Below, in pieces: positions 41,671 to 49,492 of a stretch of DNA of 64,000 bases. The position numbers and the translations under genes were made by a program. The stretch covers positions 8,900 through 72,899 of the forward strand of contig JAQTUQ010000002.1 in NCBI GenBank assembly GCA_028707255.1. Reading direction: 5' to 3'. Every line of letters begins with the position of its first letter. The first letter of the stretch is position 1. Source of the stretch: Dehalococcoidales bacterium. Its GTDB lineage: Bacteria > Chloroflexota > Dehalococcoidia > Dehalococcoidales > UBA5627. The notes beneath the pieces were generated by a model. That model was given only the letters and a program-made list of their open reading frames with translations, was not told the origin of the DNA and did not search any database.

Positions 41671-43494
41671 ATGAGCATTATTGAAGACATAAAACTAAAA
41701 ACCGATATTGTAGAAGTAGTCGGTCAGTATACAAAATTGACCAGAGCCGGTAAAAACCTCAAGGGTTTATGCCCTTTCCACAGCGAAAAGCACGGCTCCT
41801 TTTTTATCTATCCCGATGAGCAGAGATGGCATTGTTTCGGCGCCTGCAACGAGGGCGGCGATGTCTTTTCATTTATAATGAAACAGCAGAATATCGATTT
41901 CGGCGATGCCCTGCGCCTGCTTGCCGAAAAAGCCGGCATTGAAGTACCGGCTATGAGCGGACAAAAAGAGGACAGGGAAAAATACGATAAGCTCTACCAG
42001 GTCAACCAGGCAACTGCTCAATATTTTCACAACATATTGATTAACACCGGTTACGGTGAAAAGGCTAAAAGTTATGTTTTAAAAAGAGGCTTGAACGAGA
42101 AATCGATTGGTGATTTCCAGCTTGGTTTCAGTTTAAACAGCCGTGACGCGCTGAAAGTATACCTGCTCGATAAAGAATTTACGGAAAACGAGCTTTTAGA
42201 AGCAGGTGTAATCACCAGAGTCGAAGGCAAAGACTCGCATGATGTCTTCCGCAACCGCCTGATGTTCCCGATTCTGGATATTAAAGGCAGGTGCTGCGGT
42301 TTCGGGGGAAGAACATTCGAAGAAAACCAGGCCAAGTATATCAACTCTCCCCAGTCCCCTATTTTCGATAAGAGCGGCAACCTCTACGGAATAAATCTGG
42401 CAAGCCAATCGATACGCAAAGAGGACAGGGCAGTTTTGGTCGAAGGCTATATGGATGTTATTGTGGCGCACCAGTACGGTTTTTCCAATGTGGTGGCTTC
42501 CATGGGAACAGCCGTTACCGATAAGCAGATGAACATAGTGAAGAAGCTGACCAAAAACCTGGTGCTGGCACTGGATTCGGATGCCGCCGGCGAGGAGGCC
42601 ATGCTGCGCTGTGTCGGATATGAAAATTTAATAGGGAACGAAATCAAAGTAGCCGTCATGCCGCCCGGCAGCGACCCGGACGATGTAATACGTAACGATC
42701 CCCCGCAGTGGCAAAAAATGTTAGATAATTCGATTCCTGTAATCGATTACACCTTCGATATGGTTACCTCAAAACTTGATTTGTCTACAGCTAAAGACAA
42801 GACCGTTGCCGCCGGAAGGTTGATGCCGGTAATTACGGAAATTGAAGACAGGATTCGCCGGGCGCATTACCTGCAAAAATTATCACGTCTTGTAAGCGTC
42901 AGTTTGCGCGAACTTGAAGCAACAATTAAAAAACCCGTAGAATATAATAAGTACGGCAATAAAAAGGATAAAACCCTCTCGACTAAAACGATGCGTCCGG
43001 CGTTTTCCCAGCCTATAGAAGAATACTGCTTGACGTTATTGTTACAATTCCCTAAACTTAAATCCTTTAAGCATAAACTTAAACCGGAATACTTCGAGAA
43101 CAGCGAAAACCGCGAAATTTTTGTTGCGCTTTCTCAAACAGAAGATTTGAACGTTATTAAAAATAACCTGGATTATACAATTCGGGATTATCTGGATAAT
43201 CTGGTAAAAAAGGAAGTGCCACCCGATAAGATTGAGCAGAAGATGTCGGTCTGCACTCTCAGGTTGCATGAGAAGTTCCTGCGCGGGCTTGAAATGAAGC
43301 GTGAAGCGATTTTTGCCGCCGAAGCGGCAACCAAAGGCAGTATAGCCGGGCTTACCAAGCTGGAGGAACAGGGCATCGAGGGCAGCAACGAATTAAGAGA
43401 AGTCTTTTCAAAAAAATCGGCTGGCGGTCTATATAGAGGAGATATTAATGAAACAGGAAAACAGCAAGAAAAGCCAAAAAACAGAAAAGCCTAA
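41671..43494 (+). CDS. dnaG: DNA primase
   Basis: Zinc-binding domain [25 protein letters not shown], and Toprim motifs (EGYMDV, DSDAAG). The ATG at 41671 is preferred over the track TTG at 41659. Confidence 0.93.
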   Translation: MSIIEDIKLKTDIVEVVGQYTKLTRAGKNLKGLCPFHSEKHGSFFIYPDEQRWHCFGACNEGGDVFSFIMKQQNIDFGDALRLLAEKAGIEVPAMSGQKEDREKYDKLYQVNQATAQYFHNILINTGYGEKAKSYVLKRGLNEKSIGDFQLGFSLNSRDALKVYLLDKEFTENELLEAGVITRVEGKDSHDVFRNRLMFPILDIKGRCCGFGGRTFEENQAKYINSPQSPIFDKSGNLYGINLASQSIRKEDRAVLVEGYMDVIVAHQYGFSNVVASMGTAVTDKQMNIVKKLTKNLVLALDSDAAGEEAMLRCVGYENLIGNEIKVAVMPPGSDPDDVIRNDPPQWQKMLDNSIPVIDYTFDMVTSKLDLSTAKDKTVAAGRLMPVITEIEDRIRRAHYLQKLSRLVSVSLRELEATIKKPVEYNKYGNKKDKTLSTKTMRPAFSQPIEEYCLTLLLQFPKLKSFKHKLKPEYFENSENREIFVALSQTEDLNVIKNNLDYTIRDYLDNLVKKEVPPDKIEQKMSVCTLRLHEKFLRGLEMKREAIFAAEAATKGSIAGLTKLEEQGIEGSNELREVFSKKSAGGLYRGDINETGKQQEKPKNRKA

Positions 43495-44983
43495 GAAGCA
43501 AGCTGATATAGTGGTAGAAGAAGAACCGCAGGAAGCCGAAAAAGAAGAGGAATCCGCCGAAGACGAGATTGCCGAAGAGGAGTTCGAACCCGGAGAAATA
43601 ACCGAGGACGAGTTCAATCCCTCAAAAGAGGACCTTGAAGGAGAGGATTTATCAGCCGAGCAGGATGTTAAGCTGGCATTACTGGATGCCGGTGACGAAC
43701 CGGGTATAGTCGATGACCCTGTCCGCATGTATCTGCATGAAATCGGACGGGTGTTGCTGCTTACGGCAGACGACGAAAAAATACTTGCCCAGAAAATGGA
43801 AGCCGGCAAGCGTATCAAGGAAATCAAGGAAAGCTGTTTTTCCAAAAGCGGCAGAACACCCTCGGCAACCGAAATCATTTTGTGCATGCTTAGAGACCTT
43901 TCAAAACTGATGAATATTTTGCATCTGCTGCAGGAAGAATTGAATATAAAACCGGGCAGGAACTTCAAGGAAGACATTTCCGATGTGACTCTCATTAACA
44001 GTATTTCAAATGAAATCGACCAGAGATTAACACAGAATATAGTCTTAAAAACAGACCTGCCTGTACAGGATGTCGAACAGGCTATAATAAACCTGTATCT
44101 CAATATGAGTCTGCTGCCCAAGGACTTTCTCAACGCTATAGATGATAATACAGATTCGGCCGATATCGAAATGCTTTCGACCGACCAGGCATTCATCGAT
44201 TCGGTCAGTATCTATGAAGAGAAATTCCAGGCTTATATCAATAAACTGATAAAAGAATCCGAAAAAGCCGAAAAACATTTAATAGAAGCTAACCTGAGGC
44301 TGGTTGTCAGCGTAGCTAAAAAACACATCGGACGCGGCATGCCGCTGCTCGACCTGTTGCAGGAAGGCAATATGGGGCTGATTCGCGCTGTCGAAAAATT
44401 CGATTACCACCGCGGCTTCAAGTTCAGCACCTATGCTACATGGTGGATAAGACAGGCGATTACCCGTGCTATCGCCGACCAGGCGCGCACTATCCGCATA
44501 CCGGTGCATATGGTAGAAACCATTAACAAATTACTGAGCGTCAGCCGCCATCTTTCGCAGGAATTGGGACGCGAACCGACACCGAAGGAAATCGGAGACG
44601 AGCTGGAGATTTCACCGGAAAAAGTAAGGGAAATCATCAAGGTTTCGCAACTGCCGATTTCGCTGGAAGCCCCCATCGGTGAAGAAGAAGATAGCCACCT
44701 GGGTGACTTTATCGAGGACCAGAATGCCCTGCCTCCCCCCGATGCCGCCTCCCGCCAGCTTTTAAAAGAGCAAATCGAGGATGTGCTGGACAGCCTGACG
44801 CCGAGAGAAAGGCGGGTATTGCAGTTAAGATTCGGACTGGAAGACGGACGCAGCCGTACACTGGAAGAAGTCGGACGCGAGTTCAATGTAACGCGTGAAC
44901 GCATCCGCCAGATTGAAGCCAAGGCGCTGCGCAAATTACGCCACCCCACTCGCAGCCGCAAGCTGAAGGATTATTTGGAATAA
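43448..44983 (+). CDS. rpoD: RNA polymerase sigma factor RpoD (sigma-70)
   Basis: Acidic N-terminal region. Region 2 is [13 protein letters not shown]...[31 protein letters not shown]. Region 4 is [28 protein letters not shown]. The start overlaps the dnaG end. Confidence 0.96.
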   Translation: MKQENSKKSQKTEKPKKQADIVVEEEPQEAEKEEESAEDEIAEEEFEPGEITEDEFNPSKEDLEGEDLSAEQDVKLALLDAGDEPGIVDDPVRMYLHEIGRVLLLTADDEKILAQKMEAGKRIKEIKESCFSKSGRTPSATEIILCMLRDLSKLMNILHLLQEELNIKPGRNFKEDISDVTLINSISNEIDQRLTQNIVLKTDLPVQDVEQAIINLYLNMSLLPKDFLNAIDDNTDSADIEMLSTDQAFIDSVSIYEEKFQAYINKLIKESEKAEKHLIEANLRLVVSVAKKHIGRGMPLLDLLQEGNMGLIRAVEKFDYHRGFKFSTYATWWIRQAITRAIADQARTIRIPVHMVETINKLLSVSRHLSQELGREPTPKEIGDELEISPEKVREIIKVSQLPISLEAPIGEEEDSHLGDFIEDQNALPPPDAASRQLLKEQIEDVLDSLTPRERRVLQLRFGLEDGRSRTLEEVGREFNVTRERIRQIEAKALRKLRHPTRSRKLKDYLE

Positions 44984-45007
44984 TTATCATATCGTGAAAC
45001 GTTAAAA

Positions 45008-45058
45008 AATCCGCTCGACGACCCTTCGACAAGCTCAGGGCGAGCGGATTATTTATTT
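45008..45058 (+). terminator. Hairpin after rpoD (REP-like unit that probably doubles as a terminator)
   Basis: 10-bp stem (AATCCGCTCG 45008-45017 pairs with CGAGCGGATT 45041-45050). The 23-nt loop contains TTCGACAAGCTCAGGG. Followed by ATTTATTT. Confidence 0.5.
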
Positions 45059-45095
45059 GCATTATAAAGACTATCGCCCTCAGCCCATCCCCAAA

Positions 45096-45129
45096 GCCGT
45101 TCGTGGTGAGCCTGTCGAACCAAAACGGC
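45096..45129 (+). repeat. REP-like hairpin unit, GTGGTGAGCYTGTCGAAYC family
   Basis: GCCGTTCGTGGTGAGCCTGTCGAACCAAAACGGC, with stem GCCGTT/AACGGC. The same core occurs at 57535 (same orientation) and at 58277 and 49276 (opposite orientation). Confidence 0.8.
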
Positions 45130-45268
45130 GGCGAATTAATCAGCCATAATATCTGTGTTTATTAAAATATTTAAAGTGTTAAAGAAAATAATTCTGTGCG
45201 TAATATATAAAGAATTATTATTCATAATTATATTGATTTACGATATTCGTTTAAAATATACTAATAAA

Positions 45269-45883
45269 ATGTTCTTAAAGAAATTTATAAAACAACCATT
45301 AAACAAATCAGTGGAATGTAAAATGCCTGAACTGACTGGAATCGATTTTCCGTTAGTAAATCGTCTTATAGTCAGGTTAATGGTACCAGAATCCGATATT
45401 AGTAGAAAAGCAACATTATATCGTACGGTTCTTGTAAGATTACAAGACAAAGCTATACGAGAATATAATGAAGCAAGAAAATACCTGCTCGCTGATATTA
45501 TCAATCAAGGTCAACATTTAGACTTTGTTCCATTTACAGATCATATGGAGAATTGCATTAACGCTACAGCACGTTTATATAAACTTTTATGTGTAGTAAA
45601 GTCCGAAAAGGAATCACCTCATTTCCCCAAAGAAATAAGAAAATATATAGAGAATAATAATTCATCTATAGATGACATTCGGAATGCAATAGAACATATG
45701 GACGAACAAATTCAATTGGATAAAATAGTATCAGGTAATCCTATAGCAATAGTTATTAACGAAAATCATAATGGCATAAAAGTGTCTAATTACGACCTTG
45801 GTTTTCAGGATTTAGCTAAGGTTCTTGAAAAATTTAATGAAATAGCATGTTATCTGCTTAGGCTAAAAGAAATAGACAAATAA
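45269..45883 (+). CDS. Hypothetical AT-rich protein with an RNxxxH (HEPN-like) motif; start uncertain
   Basis: The track ORF starts at a GTG at 45155. In-frame ATGs lie at 45269 and 45323 (MPELTGIDF...). The product is predicted helical. The motif DDIRNAIEHMDE (R-x4-H) is encoded at 45680-45697. Hand-counted G+C of four 60-nt lines was 18-35%. No metallophosphatase (SbcD) motifs are present. Confidence 0.45.
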   Translation: MFLKKFIKQPLNKSVECKMPELTGIDFPLVNRLIVRLMVPESDISRKATLYRTVLVRLQDKAIREYNEARKYLLADIINQGQHLDFVPFTDHMENCINATARLYKLLCVVKSEKESPHFPKEIRKYIENNNSSIDDIRNAIEHMDEQIQLDKIVSGNPIAIVINENHNGIKVSNYDLGFQDLAKVLEKFNEIACYLLRLKEIDK

Positions 45884-45937
45884 ATTTTGCAACTCTAACA
45901 GGTATTTTCTTCCCCAACTATGCTAAAATAACCTCAA

Positions 45938-48508
45938 ATGATTCCAGTCAGGTTAAAGATACGCAATTTCATGCCCTATCGCGGGGATATGCCTTCTTTC
46001 TCTTTCGAGGGCATCCAGACCGCCTGCATCTGCGGCGATAACGGCAACGGCAAATCCGCCATCATCGATGCCATGACATGGGCATTGTGGGGAAAGACAC
46101 GCGCCAAAAGCGATGATGACCTTATCCACCTCTGGGAAACGGAAGCTACCGTAGAATTCGATTTCAGGTCGGGAGAACAGCTCTATCGCGTTATCCGCAA
46201 ACGCGCCCGCCCCAAGAAAGCCACCGGCGCCGGTCAGAGCAGCCTCGACCTCATGATATGGAATGAAGAGGAGTTCAAAACAATATCCGGCAACGTCATC
46301 CGCGAGACCGAGAACAAAATTATCGATATCCTGCACATGGATTACGATACATTCATAAACAGCGCATTTTTACGCCAGGGTCACGCCGATGAATTCACGC
46401 GCCAGCAGCCGTCAAAGCGCAAGGAAGTTCTCTCCAGTATACTTGGGTTGGATATATACGACAGGCTGGAAGAAAAGGCGCGCGAAAAGACTCGCGGTCA
46501 GCAGGCCGAAAGGACACTTCTGGAAAGATCCATCCGCGACATTGAGGCTGAGCTTGAAGGCAAAGCGAAATTGGAAAATGAATTCGAGCAGGCTAAAATC
46601 AACCTTGCACAGATTGATAAAGAGGTAAAAGAAAAGCAGGCTGAATTCGATGCCGTCAGGCAGAAAAAACAGGCGCTGGGAAATAAAAAACAGCAACTGC
46701 AACAACTCGAAGAATACATCGTTACCAACAATAATCATTTGAATGTTCGCCAAAACGAAATCCAACAGCATGAAAAGCAGATTAAAGAATATGGGGATTT
46801 ACTTGCGCAGCGCGAAGAAATCGAAAAGGGATATGCGGATTATATCAGCATAAAGTCACAATGCGATGATTTCAATAGCAAGCTGCAACAGCTTAACAGC
46901 TTAAAAGACAATCACAGGATTCTGGAACAAGTCATCGAAAAGGCGCGTTCAAGACTTGTAAACAACCAGTCCGTTCTCAAAAAGACGGTCGAAGACCTCG
47001 AAAACAAGGCGCAGAAACTGCCGCAGTATAGAGATAAAATGGCGAAAATCGAAGAAGCCAAACCGAGGCTGGAAGCCAAGGAAAAAGCCTTCGAAGGGAA
47101 AAAAGAAAAGAAACAGTCTTTACTGGCAACCGTTCAGCAGCTAAAAGGCGAACAGGAAAAGCTGAATCTGGAAATCGGGGAACTCGACGAGAAGCTCAAC
47201 CTGCTCTGCAAAGAGGGAGAGAATAAGTGCCCGCTCTGCGAAACGGCACTCGGCTCAGAAGGCTTGAAAATCATCAGGGAGAAATACGGCAACGACCGGA
47301 AGACCAGGAGCGAACTGATTACGAATAAGGATTCCGAAATAAATACTCATCTGAACGAGTATAAAACCATCGAGAAAGAGCTGGCAGACGAAGAAAACGA
47401 GTTGAAAAGCAACCGCGAATGGCTGCAAAAGAGTCTCGGTAGCCTGGCACAGTCGATTGAAGACGCAAGAGAGGCTTCAGGCAAACTTGAGGAGCAAAGA
47501 GAATTGCTTGCCGAAACCGAAAAAAGGCTGTCGGCGGGTGAGTTTGCGGAAGACGAACAAAAAGAGTTAAAGTCCTTGGACGGAAAAATAGCATCGCTAA
47601 ATTACGATAGCGAAAAGCACCGCGAAGCTTCGAAAAGGCTGACGGAACTACAGGAATTCGAGGCTAAAAAACGCCGGCTGGAAGAAGCGGAAAGGCTTTT
47701 ATCGGCTGAAAAAGAGGATTTATCCAAAGCCGTAGCAGCCTCGAAAGAACTGCAAAAACAGGTCGATAACGATAGCGACAAGAAAAAGGCAGTAGAAAAA
47801 GAGCTGGAAGCGCTGCCGCAGCTGGAAATCGAAACGGAGCAGGCAGAAAACATACTAAAGACAGTTTCGGCACGACAGAAAGAGGCGCAAGAAGCAAGCG
47901 GCAGTTTGAAAGCTCGACTGGAACATCTGAAAAATCAGGAAAAGAAGAAGAAAGAAAAAGAAGCTCAGTTAGCTACCATTTCGAAAGAAGTGAGCATTTA
48001 CAGCGAACTGGCGCAGGCATTCGGCAAAAAAGGCATCCAGATGATGCTGATTGAAACCGCCCTGCCCGATATCGAAAACGAAGCCAACGAGTTATTGGGA
48101 AGAATGACAGATAACCGCATGCACGTTAAATTCGATACGCAAAAACCGACCAAGAAAGGCGAGGTACAGGAGACACTGGAGATTATTATTTCAGACGAAC
48201 TGGGAGCCAGGCCATATGAAACCTACAGCGGCGGTGAGGCTTTCCGCATTGATTTCGCTATCCGCATCGCCCTTTCAAAACTGCTGGCTAAGAGAGCCGG
48301 CGCGCCGCTGCCCACTCTGATTATTGATGAGGGATTCGGTACGCTGGATAATACCGGCATCGAAAAGATCAAAGAAGCCATTAACTCAATCAGAAATGAC
48401 TTCGAAAAGATTATTGTGATTACCCACATCGACGAACTGAAGGATGCCTTCCCCAGCCGCATCAACGTCACCAAGACGCCTAACGGCTCGGTTATTGAAT
48501 TGAATTAG
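45938..48508 (+). CDS. sbcC: Rad50/SbcC-type SMC-like ATPase with a central CxxC zinc hook
   Basis: 856 aa. Walker A is CGDNGNGKS (residues 32-40). The SbcC-type Q-loop region is FINSAFLRQGHADEF. A long heptad coiled coil follows. CPLC at residues 431-434 (nt 47228-47239) sits exactly mid-protein. The signature motif is YSGGEAFRIDFAIRIAL, Walker B is TLIIDEGFGTLD, and the H-loop is VITH. Confidence 0.85.
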   Translation: MIPVRLKIRNFMPYRGDMPSFSFEGIQTACICGDNGNGKSAIIDAMTWALWGKTRAKSDDDLIHLWETEATVEFDFRSGEQLYRVIRKRARPKKATGAGQSSLDLMIWNEEEFKTISGNVIRETENKIIDILHMDYDTFINSAFLRQGHADEFTRQQPSKRKEVLSSILGLDIYDRLEEKAREKTRGQQAERTLLERSIRDIEAELEGKAKLENEFEQAKINLAQIDKEVKEKQAEFDAVRQKKQALGNKKQQLQQLEEYIVTNNNHLNVRQNEIQQHEKQIKEYGDLLAQREEIEKGYADYISIKSQCDDFNSKLQQLNSLKDNHRILEQVIEKARSRLVNNQSVLKKTVEDLENKAQKLPQYRDKMAKIEEAKPRLEAKEKAFEGKKEKKQSLLATVQQLKGEQEKLNLEIGELDEKLNLLCKEGENKCPLCETALGSEGLKIIREKYGNDRKTRSELITNKDSEINTHLNEYKTIEKELADEENELKSNREWLQKSLGSLAQSIEDAREASGKLEEQRELLAETEKRLSAGEFAEDEQKELKSLDGKIASLNYDSEKHREASKRLTELQEFEAKKRRLEEAERLLSAEKEDLSKAVAASKELQKQVDNDSDKKKAVEKELEALPQLEIETEQAENILKTVSARQKEAQEASGSLKARLEHLKNQEKKKKEKEAQLATISKEVSIYSELAQAFGKKGIQMMLIETALPDIENEANELLGRMTDNRMHVKFDTQKPTKKGEVQETLEIIISDELGARPYETYSGGEAFRIDFAIRIALSKLLAKRAGAPLPTLIIDEGFGTLDNTGIEKIKEAINSIRNDFEKIIVITHIDELKDAFPSRINVTKTPNGSVIELN

Positions 48509-49062
48509 AGCCCCAAATCGTCCGCAACACGCTGCATCGCCTTCAACCCCAGTTCGATAAACTCGTTCAGTTCAAGTCCCAGTTCGCTGCACAATGCAAT
48601 CTGTTCACGGTTGGCGCCGGCGGCAAAGGCCTTCTCTTTAAACCTCTTGGCTACCGATTTGGCTTCCACAAAAGCCAGCTTTTTTTCGGGGCGTACAAGA
48701 GCAGCCGCGGTTATCAGCCCAGTCAGTGGGTCGGCACAGTAGAGCGCTTTATCGAAATTGTTTTCGCGTTTTACACCCAGCATTTCATTATGGCAGAGGA
48801 TAGCATGAACCATGGCCTCATTGGCTCCGGCTTCCCTTGCCATTTCGGCGCTCACTTTACCGTGCACTGTCATATCGTCGCCGACCCGGTCGAGGTCGAT
48901 ATCATGCAACAGCCCGGCTAATCCCCACTCCTCCTCATCCTCTCCCAAGCGCTTTGCCAGAGCCCGCATAATGGCCTCGGTGGCTATCATGTGCTTGACC
49001 AGGTTTTGATTTTTGATGTTGGCTTTCACTGTTTCCAGCGCTGTTTGTCTATCCATTGTCAT
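48505..49062 (-). CDS. HD/HDIG-domain metal-dependent phosphohydrolase
   Basis: 185 aa with VKHMIATEAIMRALA...AGLLHDIDL. Its stop overlaps the stop codon of the sbcC-like gene (convergent genes, 4-nt overlap). Confidence 0.75.
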   Translation of the reverse strand: MTMDRQTALETVKANIKNQNLVKHMIATEAIMRALAKRLGEDEEEWGLAGLLHDIDLDRVGDDMTVHGKVSAEMAREAGANEAMVHAILCHNEMLGVKRENNFDKALYCADPLTGLITAAALVRPEKKLAFVEAKSVAKRFKEKAFAAGANREQIALCSELGLELNEFIELGLKAMQRVADDLGL

Positions 49063-49120
49063 TACTCCAATACTATTTTCTTACAGTAATTATATCTTCA
49101 TTAGCATTTTATTTCGTTAG

Positions 49121-49487
49121 TTCCCCTCTCCGCATGCGGAGAGGGGTTAGGGGTGAGGTTAAAAATATAATCGTATCAAATCCCCTCTGACTCCCCTTTT
49201 CCAAAGTGGAGGAATCGCCCTTGCTCTATGCGCATACCGATAAATCGGGATTCGCAATTACAGTGGTATTTCGACGCCGTTATGGTTCGACAAGCTTCCT
49301 TCGAGAGCCTCAGGACAGGCACCACGAACGGCTTTAATTATTCTCTCAGACCGATTCCTATTTTTATAATCCGTTCATCCTGAGCCTGTCGAAGGATATG
49401 CCTTTAAAGAAACTTCTCTTTGCTACTCTCAGGATGACAACCTCACTCCAGACGCCGAATCCCGACATGTGAGCTTCGGGATGACAT
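49121..49487. repeat. Cluster of short dispersed intergenic repeat units (REP/MITE-like 'boilerplate' motifs)
   Basis: Perfect 24-nt palindrome CCCCTCTCCGCATGCGGAGAGGGG (49123-49146). AAATCCCCTCTGACTCCCCTTTTCCAAAGTGGAGGAATCGC is related to 58454-58495. CCGATAAATCGGG (49237-49249) is identical to 58944-58956. GCCGTTATGGTTCGACAAGCT...CACCACGAACGGC spans 49276-49332. CCGTTCATCCTGAGCCTGTCGAAGGA and CTCAGGATGACA / CGGGATGACA motifs are also present. Confidence 0.8.
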
Positions 49488-49492
49488 TATTT

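Noticed and set aside
43429-44196. 255-aa minus-strand ORF antisense to the dnaG/rpoD junction. Similar long antisense ORFs occur at 44431-44961, 39971-40501, 26848-27468, 53143-53676, 35292-35699 and elsewhere.
   Set aside because: They lie entirely antisense to genes with unambiguous conserved motifs. Their sequences are low-complexity (Ser/Leu/Arg-rich) and lack RBS or recognisable domains. This is typical of shadow ORFs.
48505-49062. HD/HDIG phosphohydrolase as a third component of the HEPN-like/SbcC-like module.
   Set aside because: It is transcribed convergently on the opposite strand, has normal G+C, and resembles a widespread stand-alone HDIG family. Physical adjacency alone is insufficient.
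49121-49487. Could the repeated intergenic motifs be a CRISPR array?
   Set aside because: The units belong to several different sequence families. They are not identical direct repeats, are not regularly spaced by unique spacers, and occur in both orientations. No cas genes are in the window.
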